Positions 38,069-47,719 of a DNA stretch of 64,000 bases are shown one piece after another; position 1 is the first letter of the stretch, and each line of letters opens with the position of its first letter. Under the pieces are notes generated by a model. It searched no databases and was not told the origin of the DNA. It was given only the letters and a program-made list of their open reading frames with translations. Source of the DNA: an uncultured Candidatus Saccharibacteria bacterium (GTDB lineage Bacteria > Patescibacteriota > Saccharimonadia > Saccharimonadales > 2-12-FULL-41-12); NCBI GenBank assembly GCA_964648105.1, contig CAZYMH010000001.1, forward strand, positions 143,999 through 207,998, given 5' to 3'. The translations under genes and the position numbers were made by a program.

Positions 38069-38710
38069 ATGAACAAAAATAACATAATATTAATAGCTGA
38101 ATTAGTCGGTACATTTTTGCTTACTATGGCCGTACTAATGGGAGTTAACCCATTTGTAGCCTTTGGCATATTAGTTTTATTAGTTGGGGGTATATCAGGG
38201 GCAAATCTTAATCCAGCAGTCTCGATCGGTTTAACATCGATCAGAAAAATGACTTGGCCAAAAATGGCTAGTTATTGGGTTGCTCAACTGGCAGGTGCTT
38301 TGATCGCTAAGGTAACTTACGAGTATATTAGCTCCAAAGATATGTCTGGACTTCAGTTTAATATTACATCTATCGACACCAAAAGTTTGGTTGTCGAAGT
38401 CTTAGGTTCGGCTATATTTTTAATGGGCTTAGTGCTTGCCCTCAATCAAGGACTAAGGGGTCTGCGTCTAGCAGTAGCATTTGGCGGTTCACTATTCTTA
38501 GGTGCAATGCTAGGTGGAGTTATTAACCCATTTGTTGCTTTAGCCCTAGATAACACCTCAGTATCTTCGCTGCTTGGACCACTTGTAGGTGGAATGATCG
38601 GTGCTTATGTTGGTAGCATGATGGCCCCACATCTCTCTCATTTAGGTTTATCAGCTCAACCAACTGTCAATCGACCCGTAAAAGCTAGAGTAAAAACTCG
38701 TCGATCTTAA
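38069..38710 (+). CDS. MIP-family channel (aquaporin/glycerol facilitator-like)
   Basis: 213 aa with six hydrophobic segments. The first NPA box is NLNPAVS. The second is degenerate (INPFVA). Confidence 0.75.
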   Translation: MNKNNIILIAELVGTFLLTMAVLMGVNPFVAFGILVLLVGGISGANLNPAVSIGLTSIRKMTWPKMASYWVAQLAGALIAKVTYEYISSKDMSGLQFNITSIDTKSLVVEVLGSAIFLMGLVLALNQGLRGLRLAVAFGGSLFLGAMLGGVINPFVALALDNTSVSSLLGPLVGGMIGAYVGSMMAPHLSHLGLSAQPTVNRPVKARVKTRRS

Positions 38711-38747
38711 TTACTTATATCTTAATAGCTATAAAATACTTTATATC

Positions 38748-39230
38748 TTATAGTCTTGTCATTTCTGAGACAGACATAACAGGTACGTGGAGTAAGCTGT
38801 CATCATTTACTTCAGAATGGACTGGCGAAAATACCGAATATCCTCTTTCGAACGCTAAACAAATCGCTCTAACGCTAAAAGAACCTGTTAGTTTACAGAT
38901 TGAAACACGACTGAATGAGATTAACTCTCCTAAAACATGCAGTCCATCATAACGTAGGTATTCTACTTCTTCTTGGTCATTACAATCGATAGGTATCGCA
39001 AAGCCAAGTCGAGCTTCGACTTGCCAATTGTTACCTAAAAAATTACATGAATCAGCAGTCTCGTCCAACCACTTAATATCAAGTTCATCGTCTATAGTGT
39101 TGTCAAAGCCATAGCCATAGCCAGGATCTTGTAAGCGGAACCTGACAATTTCTTCCGCCAGCTCTGCGGGGTTATTAGGCATCTCAAAACTCATTTTTAA
39201 AAGATACCAAACAGAGGTGCTAGATTGCAA
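38748..39230 (-). CDS. Hypothetical acidic protein
   Basis: 160-aa ORF (an alternative ATG start gives MSFEMPNN...). No motif recognised. Confidence 0.35.
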   Translation of the reverse strand: MQSSTSVWYLLKMSFEMPNNPAELAEEIVRFRLQDPGYGYGFDNTIDDELDIKWLDETADSCNFLGNNWQVEARLGFAIPIDCNDQEEVEYLRYDGLHVLGELISFSRVSICKLTGSFSVRAICLAFERGYSVFSPVHSEVNDDSLLHVPVMSVSEMTRL

Positions 39231-39252
39231 GCATAACCAGATTTTTTATATT

Positions 39253-39286
39253 AAAAAAGACTCATTTTTTATGACGAGTCTTTTTT
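39253..39286 (-). terminator. Bidirectional-looking rho-independent terminator downstream of dnaK
   Basis: AAAAAAGACTC (39253-39263) pairs with GAGTCTTTTTT (39276-39286), so there are A/T runs on both sides. Confidence 0.7.
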
Positions 39287-39310
39287 AATTTAGTAAGTTA
39301 TATCGTTAAC

Positions 39311-41209
39311 TTACTTCTTGTCGTCGACAACTTCGCCTTCAACTGGCTCCTCTTTGTCATCTGACTTATCATTAGCTTTATCAGTATTTTCAGCTTCTTT
39401 AGCAGCTTGTTCATACATTTTAGCTCCGATTGGCATAATCTTATCATTTAGCTCTTTTAAGGCTACTTCAATAGTTTCTTTGGCGGCTTTTTCATCTGAT
39501 TGAACTTTTTTAGCTGCCTCTGTGGCTTCTTCTATCGCTTTTACGTCATCTTCACTCAATTTATCTTTGCTATCAGTCTTTAGTTTTTCAGCTTGATAAA
39601 TAGCATTTTCTAAAGAGTTACGGACTTCGATCGACTCACGTTTTTTCTTGTCTTCTTCGGCGTGAGCTTCAGCTTCTTTAGCAGCTTTCTCGACTTCGTC
39701 TTTCGACAAATTGCCACTATTTTGGATAGTTATACTTTGCTCTTTGCCCGTACCTTTATCTTTAGCAGTCACGTTCAATATTCCATTTGCATCGAGGTTA
39801 AATGTTACTTCGATTTGAGGAATACCACGCGGAGCTGGAGCAATTCCGTCTAGCACAAAGCGACCTAGCGATTTATTGTCGGCGACCATTTCTCGCTCAC
39901 CTTGGACAACATGTATTTCGACACTTGGCTGGTTATCTGCAGCGGTAGAAAATGTCTCGCTTTTAGAGGTAGGAATAGTCGTATTTCGTTCGATCAATTT
40001 AGTTGCAATACCCCCCATAGTTTCGATTCCAAGACTAAGTGGCGTTACATCAAGTAGTAAGACATCTTTGACATCACCTTGCAAAACTCCACCTTGAATT
40101 GCTGCTCCGACGGCTACAACTTCATCTGGGTTAACACCTTGCTTAGGATCCTTACCAAAAATTTTTTTAACTTTTTCAATGACTGCTGGCATACGTGTCA
40201 TACCACCAACTAATATCACTTCATTTATGTCGCTAGCCTTTAATTTAGCGTCTTTGAGGGCTTTTTCGCATGGTTCAGCAGTTTTATCAATCAAATCACC
40301 GACTAGCTCAATTAGTTTTGCTCTAGTTAATTTATACTCAAAATGTTTAGGCCCATCAGCGTCAGCTGTCAAAAATGGCAAATTAATATCTGCGACCTCT
40401 GTTGTTGATAGTTCTTTTTTGGCTTTCTCGCCCTCTTCTTTTAGGCGTTGCATAGCAGCCTTGTCATTGGTTACATCGATTCCCGACTCTTTCTTAAATT
40501 CTTCGACGAAGTGATTGACAATGCGAAGGTCAAAATCTTCTCCACCTAAGTGAGTATCACCGTTAGTGCTGAGTACTTCAAAGACACCCTCACCAAGTTG
40601 CAAAATCGATACATCAAAAGTTCCACCACCGAGGTCAAAAACAGCAATTTTCTCTTCTTTACCTTTTTCTAGGCCATAAGCTAGAGCGGCGGCAGTTGGC
40701 TCGTTGATAATTCGCTTCACTTCTAGTCCAGCAATTTTACCTGCATCTTTGGTAGCTTGACGTTGTGAATCATCGAAGTAGGCAGGCACAGTAATTACTG
40801 CTTCAGTGACAGGTTCGCCCAAAAACGCTTCCGCATCAGCCTTAAGCTTGCTCAAAATCATCGCCGATACTTCTTCAGGTGTGTAACCTTTACCGTCCAT
40901 TTCTACCTGAACACCTGTTCCCTTTTTTTCAATTTTGAATGGCATTAGTTTAATGTCTTTTTGGACTTCTTTATCTGTAAACTTACGCCCAATTAACCTC
41001 TTCACACCAAAAATTGTATTTTCTGGGTTAGTTACCCTTTGACGATTAGCTACTTGACCGACCAAACGATCTTTATTTTTACCAATTGCAACTACACTTG
41101 GCGTAGTTCGATTACCCTCGCTGTTGGCAATAATTTCTGGCTTACCAGATTGCATTACAGCCATGGCACTATTAGTTGTACCTAAGTCAATTCCGATTAT
41201 TTTTCCCAT
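39311..41209 (-). CDS. dnaK: Molecular chaperone DnaK (Hsp70)
   Basis: 632 aa with [18 protein letters not shown] and [11 protein letters not shown]-type motifs. Confidence 0.97.
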   Translation of the reverse strand: MGKIIGIDLGTTNSAMAVMQSGKPEIIANSEGNRTTPSVVAIGKNKDRLVGQVANRQRVTNPENTIFGVKRLIGRKFTDKEVQKDIKLMPFKIEKKGTGVQVEMDGKGYTPEEVSAMILSKLKADAEAFLGEPVTEAVITVPAYFDDSQRQATKDAGKIAGLEVKRIINEPTAAALAYGLEKGKEEKIAVFDLGGGTFDVSILQLGEGVFEVLSTNGDTHLGGEDFDLRIVNHFVEEFKKESGIDVTNDKAAMQRLKEEGEKAKKELSTTEVADINLPFLTADADGPKHFEYKLTRAKLIELVGDLIDKTAEPCEKALKDAKLKASDINEVILVGGMTRMPAVIEKVKKIFGKDPKQGVNPDEVVAVGAAIQGGVLQGDVKDVLLLDVTPLSLGIETMGGIATKLIERNTTIPTSKSETFSTAADNQPSVEIHVVQGEREMVADNKSLGRFVLDGIAPAPRGIPQIEVTFNLDANGILNVTAKDKGTGKEQSITIQNSGNLSKDEVEKAAKEAEAHAEEDKKKRESIEVRNSLENAIYQAEKLKTDSKDKLSEDDVKAIEEATEAAKKVQSDEKAAKETIEVALKELNDKIMPIGAKMYEQAAKEAENTDKANDKSDDKEEPVEGEVVDDKK

Positions 41210-41358
41210 TGGATTTTTCCTTTCGTATTTTTGTTAAACTAGTCTGCCAACATGTATCTATACTTTACAGATCAAAGCTTAACAAAACATTATATTAATT
41301 TATTAAATTTCATTATTAATTGTTAGCACTCACATGCTACTACTGCTAGTTTAGCGAA

Positions 41359-41385
41359 TTAGCACTCTCATGTCAAGAGTGCTAA
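41359..41385 (-). promoter_or_regulatory. CIRCE operator (perfect consensus) upstream of dnaK
   Basis: TTAGCACTC-TCATGTCAA-GAGTGCTAA. A degenerate second copy lies at 41323-41349: TTAGCACTC-ACATGCTAC-TACTGCTAG. Confidence 0.85.
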
Positions 41386-41423
41386 TAACACTCTATGAAC
41401 GATTATTTATGCAATTATAGAGA

Positions 41424-42071
41424 TTAGCTTTTAATATGATGTTTGATACACGTTGCTTGAAAAAATTGAACTAATTCTAAAGGATCTTGTCCGAATATAT
41501 CTTTCATTTGTTCAGGTTTAGATAATAATTCATGAGGTTTAAGTGCTAATCTTTCTTTTTGATATGATCTTTTTACTCCAGAAGTTGCTTCGGTTCTATC
41601 GGCTAAAGTTACTAAAGCAGTTATATCATCGGTAACTTCGTTGATTGGTGTATGGTGATAGCCTGCAGTATACTCAGCTTGAATTAGCAAATCTTTGAGA
41701 CCCGCTCTTTTTGCTTGTTTAAAAATATTGCATAACAAAACTTGACCATGAAAGGTGTGGCCAGCCACGACTTTTCTTTCTTCGTCACTTAATATTTGAT
41801 CTGAATTAACTAAATCAACAATATTTGGCTCGGCCTTACCTATATCATGCAAAACAGCGGCTACGCCAGCACTATAAGCTGACTTACTATTTATTTTGTA
41901 CTCATTGCAAGCACTCAAAACTAAACTGCCAACTGCCAACGAATGCCGATACGACTCCGGCGAAACTTCTTCTAGATATGATAAATACTGGGTTGCCCCT
42001 AAACTCTCTACCCCTTGTAATACTTGGGGTAAACCAATTTTTTCAATAGTTGTAGTTGTTCGAGATAGCAT
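41424..42071 (-). CDS. HD-domain phosphohydrolase
   Basis: 215 aa with LHDIGK and a downstream GHxxHG/YHH metal-ligand pattern. It is inserted between grpE and dnaK. Confidence 0.6.
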   Translation of the reverse strand: MLSRTTTTIEKIGLPQVLQGVESLGATQYLSYLEEVSPESYRHSLAVGSLVLSACNEYKINSKSAYSAGVAAVLHDIGKAEPNIVDLVNSDQILSDEERKVVAGHTFHGQVLLCNIFKQAKRAGLKDLLIQAEYTAGYHHTPINEVTDDITALVTLADRTEATSGVKRSYQKERLALKPHELLSKPEQMKDIFGQDPLELVQFFQATCIKHHIKS

Positions 42072-42162
42072 TTTGATTTTTGATTTAAAATACTATTTTT
42101 ATATTATCACTGCTTAAGCAAAATGCAAGTTTATTTTATAATTTGATATTCTAGTATAAAAT

Positions 42163-42642
42163 TTAGTGTTTAACTTTTACCATCGCATGGCGAATTACAT
42201 CATCGCCAATCTTATAACCAGACAGTAGTTCTTCTGAGACGACCTCTTTGTTGCCATCACCTTTTTCGACACTTACAGCTTCATGCAAATTAGCGTCAAA
42301 TGGCTGTCCAACGGTTTTGATTCGCTCGACCCCTAAATCTTGCAGAGTTTTCTCAAATTGTTTAACTACTCCCGAAACACCCTTTACATAATCGTGACCT
42401 GATATGTCGTTCGGCACATGCTTCAAAGCTCTTTCTAGATTATCAATCGCTGGCAATAACTCACTAATTACACTCGACTTTACACTGTTGCGTAAGCTAG
42501 CCATCTGCTCATCATGCCGCCTTCTAACATTCATTACATCGGCTCGTTCACGCTGCAATGCTTCAGTAAGATTGGCATTTTCCTGAGCTAACTCTTCGGC
42601 TAACTTCTTATAATCAATTTGCTTTTTATTATCCTTACTCAC
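42163..42642 (-). CDS. grpE: Nucleotide exchange factor GrpE
   Basis: 159 aa with an N-terminal coiled coil, FDANLHEAV and GYKIGDDVIRHAMVKV. Confidence 0.9.
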   Translation of the reverse strand: MSKDNKKQIDYKKLAEELAQENANLTEALQRERADVMNVRRRHDEQMASLRNSVKSSVISELLPAIDNLERALKHVPNDISGHDYVKGVSGVVKQFEKTLQDLGVERIKTVGQPFDANLHEAVSVEKGDGNKEVVSEELLSGYKIGDDVIRHAMVKVKH

Positions 42643-42656
42643 ACTATTCCTCTTTC

Positions 42657-43370
42657 TTAGTACAATACTTCTTCTAGTGCCTGACCTGTTCGTTTAACTA
42701 GATTCATTACGTGGCCGTAACTCTGACGAGTAGGGCCTAGGACACCGATATAACTTCGGTCGCTGTACGGACTTCGAAACCGACTAATTATTAGGCTGCA
42801 ACCACTATCACGACCAATTGGGTTTTCTTGACCAATATATACACTCAGTGGCTCATTAGGTGCTACTTCGTATAGCCAAGGTTCGAGGTTATCAAGCAAT
42901 TTTGCAACATCTCTGACATGTTCACCGCTGGCAAATTCAGGCTGATTGAAAAGATTGGTTAATCCAGACATGTAGAGTCTATCGCCGATAGTAGCAATGC
43001 CTAGGTTATGGGTAAGGTCGACCAATGTATCAACAGCGTTACGTATCGTTCGATCAACCGACACACCTTCTTCAACTCTAGCGGCCAACGCTCGCTCAGC
43101 TCGCCTATCTAGGTTGGTTTCTTCGGTTTGTTCGTTGACTTGGTTTACGTATAGTCTATAACCTTTGTCAGTTGGGATACGACCAGCCGAGGTATGTGGT
43201 TGCTCAATAAAACCACGGCGTTCTAATTCTGCCATCTCAGAGCGAATAGTAGCACTTGAAACATTAAAAACTTTAGCCAGTAAATTACTTCCAACTGGTG
43301 CAGCCACTTCGGCATACTGCTCGATTAAGGCTCGCAAAATTTGTACTTGTCTATCGGTTATCATGAGCAT
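42657..43370 (-). CDS. hrcA: Heat-inducible transcription repressor HrcA (short form)
   Basis: Winged-helix N-terminus ITDRQVQILRALIEQY...ATIRSEMAELERRGFIEQPHTSAGRIPT. The track start at 43400 lies inside the CIRCE site, so ATG 43370 (or 43364) is preferred. It is about 100 aa shorter than typical HrcA. Confidence 0.8.
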   Translation of the reverse strand: MLMITDRQVQILRALIEQYAEVAAPVGSNLLAKVFNVSSATIRSEMAELERRGFIEQPHTSAGRIPTDKGYRLYVNQVNEQTEETNLDRRAERALAARVEEGVSVDRTIRNAVDTLVDLTHNLGIATIGDRLYMSGLTNLFNQPEFASGEHVRDVAKLLDNLEPWLYEVAPNEPLSVYIGQENPIGRDSGCSLIISRFRSPYSDRSYIGVLGPTRQSYGHVMNLVKRTGQALEEVLY

Positions 43371-43382
43371 TATTATAACTTT

Positions 43383-43409
43383 TTGGCACTCAATAATCAA
43401 GAGTGCTAA
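43383..43409 (-). promoter_or_regulatory. CIRCE operator upstream of hrcA-grpE
   Basis: TTGGCACTC-AATAATCAA-GAGTGCTAA, with one mismatch to consensus. Confidence 0.8.
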
Positions 43410-43454
43410 AATTATCGGAGATTAATTTGTATTTTGATAATTTTATTAATAAAT

Positions 43455-44195
43455 TTAGCTGATTTCTTGTCTTAGTTTAACAAGCAACTTCTCAGCAATT
43501 AGCTTAGCTTCGGCATTTTTTTGAGTCGACTTATGTCCGTGAGCAATCTCATCCACAACTTTGGCAACTTTAGTTAAGTCATCATTTATTACAAATTCAA
43601 AATAATTTTGTCTTAAGGCTTCCTCTAGTTCAGCTTCGGCTGTTTGTAACCTAACACGTTTTTCGTTATCATCGATTCCTCCTGATTCAGCATATCGGCT
43701 AGCAAAGCGTTCTTGCCAAGTTTCGTAATCGGGCGGCAAAACAAAAATCGGTGTCACAAATTTTGGCATTATTTGCATATATTCCTCAACACCTTGAACA
43801 TCTATATCAGTTATGCCAATTTTAGAAGAATCACGAACTTTTGCCAGTGACATCAGCGAAGTACCATAAATTTTGCCGTGATTAAATTTTAGTTCTAAGA
43901 ATTCATGATTATCGACCATTTTATCGATTTTGGGCATATCAACAAAGTAATAATCAACGCCATCAACTTCTAAGACACCATCATTTTCGCGTAAGGGGCG
44001 GGTTGTGTGTGAAATAATATTTTGGTAATAGCCAGTTTTTAATAAAAGATCAACAATTGTGTTCTTACCAACCCCTGTTATACCAACCAAAAAAACTAGT
44101 TTTAAGCCTGCCAACTCATCAATTGACTGGGGCAGTGGGGAATAATTTTTAATTTTAGTTTCGATATCAGGCATTATGGTAGGATATTTTAGCAC
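43455..44195 (-). CDS. Guanylate kinase-like P-loop kinase with N-terminal extension
   Basis: 246 aa with GITGVGKNT and SHTTRPLRENDG..GVDYYFV, as in Gmk. Confidence 0.6.
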   Translation of the reverse strand: MLKYPTIMPDIETKIKNYSPLPQSIDELAGLKLVFLVGITGVGKNTIVDLLLKTGYYQNIISHTTRPLRENDGVLEVDGVDYYFVDMPKIDKMVDNHEFLELKFNHGKIYGTSLMSLAKVRDSSKIGITDIDVQGVEEYMQIMPKFVTPIFVLPPDYETWQERFASRYAESGGIDDNEKRVRLQTAEAELEEALRQNYFEFVINDDLTKVAKVVDEIAHGHKSTQKNAEAKLIAEKLLVKLRQEIS

Positions 44196-44198
44196 AAA

Positions 44199-45995
44199 TT
44201 AGTCACGTTTTAGAAGTACCGTAAAGGCCTCACTTGGAATGTCGACATTACCAAAACGTTTAGCCCGAGCTTTACCCTTTTTTTGTTTGGCTAATAATTT
44301 TTTGCGACGTGACACATCGCCACCATAAAGCTTAGCTGTAACGTCTTTTCGGTAAGCCTTGACGTCTTCGCGGGCAATAAATCGTCCACCAATACCAGCT
44401 TGTAGGGCAATCACAAAGTTTTGGCGAGGAATCACATCTTTGAGTTTACCAACAATTTCACGGCCTAAACTCTCTGCCTCGCTCCGATGAACAATAATAC
44501 TTAACGCGTTAACTATTTCGCCCGCTACATAAAAATCAAGCCTAACCAAATTTTCTACTCGATAATCGGCTAGTTCATAATTAAAACTACCATAACCCGA
44601 AGTTACGCTCTTGAGCTGATCGTAAAAATCAGTTAGCAAATTTGCTAAAGGTGCGTCAAAACTAATCAATGCTAGTTGTTCGTCAACAAAACTAATGTTT
44701 TTTTGGATGCCGCGTTTCGACGAAATTAACTGAATAACTGCACCGACATAAGTACTTGGCACGACAATCTCGCCTTTTATCCATGGTTCAGCAATTTCGG
44801 CAACTTTAGAGGCCTCTGGCAAAGCTGCAGCACTTTTTATATCTAAGTTCTCGCCGTTGACTAATTTCACCTGATAATCCGTACTCGGATTGGTGACAAT
44901 CAGCTCGAGATTGTACTCACGCTCTAATCGTTCGCGAACAATATCCATGTGTAATAGGCCCAAAAAGCCGATCCTTACACCAAACCCCAAAACTGGTGAA
45001 TTTTCTAGCTCGTATTGCAGGGCTGAATCGCTTAAAGAAAGCTTTTCGATTGCATCTTTTAGCTCCTGATAAAATTCATTACTTTCAGGAAAAAATCCAG
45101 CATAAACAAATGGCTTAACATCTTTGTAGCCTGCTAGTGCAGTTGGGGCAGAATCTTGAGTAAGAGTAACCGTATCACCCACTTTGGCTTCACGAGTCGT
45201 GCGTAAGTTAGTCACAATATAGCCAATTTCGCCGCTGATTAGCTGGGGGTCAGCGATCATATTTGGCGATAAATGGCCGACTTCCAAAGCTATGCCTTCG
45301 GCACCCGTAGCCATCATTTTAATACCAGCGTTTTTGGTGATTTTGCCATCAAAAATTCTGACGTATAGCACCACTCCCCTATAATCATCGTAATAACTAT
45401 CGAAGATCAACGCTCGAGTTTGGCTGGCACCGACTTCGCTAGGTGGAGCAATTCTATCTATAACTGCCTCCAAAACCGTCTCCACACCTTGCCCAGTTTT
45501 GGCACTGATATGCAAAATTTCTGACTCATCGCAGCCAAGTAGGCTAATTACTTCTTTGGTTACTTTTGGTACATCGGCGGCTGGCAAATCAATCTTGTTA
45601 AGTACAGGGATTATTTTTAGGTTAGCTTCCATCGCTAAATAAACATTGGCGAGGGTTTGTGCCTGAATGCCCTGAGAGGCATCAACCACCAAAATCGCCC
45701 CTTCGCAGGCCTGCAAACTCCGTGACACTTCGTAGCTAAAGTCAACATGTCCTGGCGTATCAATTAGATTCAACTGGTAGGTATCTGAGTTTTTATAGCT
45801 ATATTTCATGCGAACTGGAGCTAGCTTAATCGTGATGCCTTTTTCTCGCTCCAGATCCATTTTATCGAGCAATTGAGCCTTCATATCACGTTTCAACACC
45901 GTACCTGTCATTTCAAGCAAACGATCAGCCAGCGTACTCTTGCCATGGTCAATATGAGCAATAATACAAAAATTTCGTATATTTGATTGTTTCAT
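44199..45995 (-). CDS. lepA: Translation elongation factor 4 (LepA)
   Basis: 598 aa with IRNFCIIAHIDHGKSTLADRLL, DTPGHVDF and NKID motifs. Confidence 0.95.
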   Translation of the reverse strand: MKQSNIRNFCIIAHIDHGKSTLADRLLEMTGTVLKRDMKAQLLDKMDLEREKGITIKLAPVRMKYSYKNSDTYQLNLIDTPGHVDFSYEVSRSLQACEGAILVVDASQGIQAQTLANVYLAMEANLKIIPVLNKIDLPAADVPKVTKEVISLLGCDESEILHISAKTGQGVETVLEAVIDRIAPPSEVGASQTRALIFDSYYDDYRGVVLYVRIFDGKITKNAGIKMMATGAEGIALEVGHLSPNMIADPQLISGEIGYIVTNLRTTREAKVGDTVTLTQDSAPTALAGYKDVKPFVYAGFFPESNEFYQELKDAIEKLSLSDSALQYELENSPVLGFGVRIGFLGLLHMDIVRERLEREYNLELIVTNPSTDYQVKLVNGENLDIKSAAALPEASKVAEIAEPWIKGEIVVPSTYVGAVIQLISSKRGIQKNISFVDEQLALISFDAPLANLLTDFYDQLKSVTSGYGSFNYELADYRVENLVRLDFYVAGEIVNALSIIVHRSEAESLGREIVGKLKDVIPRQNFVIALQAGIGGRFIAREDVKAYRKDVTAKLYGGDVSRRKKLLAKQKKGKARAKRFGNVDIPSEAFTVLLKRD

Positions 45996-45999
45996 GTTG

Positions 46000-47610
46000 T
46001 TATATTCTAACAGAGTATAGCTTGATTGGCTTTAGGATAATATTTTTTAGCTTGACTAGCACATACTTTGCTTCTTTCAATCCAAAGATCAGCGAAAAGC
46101 TAATATAGACAGCTAAAGTTGGCAAAACAATCATCAAAAGTTTGCCACCAAGCGTAAAAACACCGCGGTCGTTAGTGCTTAGGGGATACATCGATACCAT
46201 TATATAGGCCGTAATGAGCGTAAAACCCGCCACCGACAAAATGCGATAAATCGAACTCCAAAATTCTTTATCAATCAATTTATGATCGCGGTAAGCCATA
46301 ATAAAGAACAAAATCATCACCTCGGCTATCGCCACCCAAGATTGTGCCATGGCTAAGCCTGCGACATCGTAGTTGTATGGCCTCGACAAAATATATGCCA
46401 AAACTACATTCAAAACAATTGAAAATACCGATACATAAAGTGGTGTTTTAGTATCTTTTTGGGCATAAAACCATCTCGATACCAAAGCGTAAATAGTCCT
46501 AAATATAATTGCCCCAATAAAAAAACCTAAAATAATAGCGATTTGCGGAGCATCGTTAGCAAAAATTAAACGTGCCAAATAACCTCTCAAAAAGTAAGTC
46601 AAAATCGCTACAGGTAAAATTATCCAAATCATTGTCCTTAAAATATTCAAAAAATCTTTGCGAAATAAATCGCTACGATTTTGCGACAACCGCTCACTTA
46701 GCCGCGGAAAAGCAGCCGTTGAAATCGCTGTTCCGATTAGTAATGATGGAGCAGATTGTAAGGTGTAAGCATTTTCGTAGTAAGATAGCTTGCCGTCGCC
46801 CAAACGACGAGCTAAGTTAGTTTCGACAATACTGTTGAACGAGTCGATGCCTTGATCTAGCGACCTCGGTGGTAGTTGTTTCAAAATGCTACGAAACTCA
46901 AAATTATGCCATAAAATCTTATTATGATACCTGTAATTTATACCGATAAAGCCGAGTAGCGAAATAAGTAACTGCAAAATTGCCCCAACTAATGCCCCAA
47001 TCCCCAGGCTAATTAGACCAAATTGAGGCTTAAAAAGGTACATACCCATAATTATCGACAAATTATAAAAAAGCGGAGCAATCGCATAAAAGAAAAATCG
47101 CCCAAAAGTTTGCTGAACACTTGTAAATATACCCGATAGTGTAAACAGCAAAGGGTTAAAAGCGATTAGTCGCATAATCGTGCTGGCGTTGTGCATTTGC
47201 TCTGGACTTAGATTCGGTGACACAACATAGTGCAACAAAGGCTCGGCAAAAATAAAGATAATTATGCCAACTACTGCCATCACCATGGCTAGGAAATTTA
47301 GTAAGCTGTTACTTAACTCAAAGACCGACTTTTTGTCGCCTTTTTGCAAATGATCGGCCAAAAATGGTATAAAGGCAACGCCTAAAGCTCCAGCTGCTAA
47401 TGTAAAAAAGAACAAATCAGGAATTTTGAAGGCCGCAAAATAAGCATCGGTGCTATTAGGGCCAATTGCTGGAAAGTTAGCATTAACTAACTTAGTTCTC
47501 AAAAAACCCAGTAGCTGTCCAAGCATCGATGCCGTCATCAACAGAGCCGCTGCACTGCCTAAACTTATCCGCTTATTGGCCTTAGAAAATAGTCGTGTAT
47601 TTTTTCTCAA
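46000..47610 (-). CDS. murJ: Lipid II flippase MurJ (MviN family)
   Basis: 536-aa polytopic protein with an N-terminal ...LGFLRTKLVNANF...DAYFAAFKIPDLFF pattern. Confidence 0.85.
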   Translation of the reverse strand: MRKNTRLFSKANKRISLGSAAALLMTASMLGQLLGFLRTKLVNANFPAIGPNSTDAYFAAFKIPDLFFFTLAAGALGVAFIPFLADHLQKGDKKSVFELSNSLLNFLAMVMAVVGIIIFIFAEPLLHYVVSPNLSPEQMHNASTIMRLIAFNPLLFTLSGIFTSVQQTFGRFFFYAIAPLFYNLSIIMGMYLFKPQFGLISLGIGALVGAILQLLISLLGFIGINYRYHNKILWHNFEFRSILKQLPPRSLDQGIDSFNSIVETNLARRLGDGKLSYYENAYTLQSAPSLLIGTAISTAAFPRLSERLSQNRSDLFRKDFLNILRTMIWIILPVAILTYFLRGYLARLIFANDAPQIAIILGFFIGAIIFRTIYALVSRWFYAQKDTKTPLYVSVFSIVLNVVLAYILSRPYNYDVAGLAMAQSWVAIAEVMILFFIMAYRDHKLIDKEFWSSIYRILSVAGFTLITAYIMVSMYPLSTNDRGVFTLGGKLLMIVLPTLAVYISFSLIFGLKEAKYVLVKLKNIILKPIKLYSVRI

Positions 47611-47719
47611 ATTACTTCGTTTAATCTTTAGTTTAAATAATATATCTAAATATAGATTATAGACCTGTTGCTCAGTTTAAGATAGAAAATTTTTAGTTTT
47701 TTGGCTAGTTTATAGCGTT

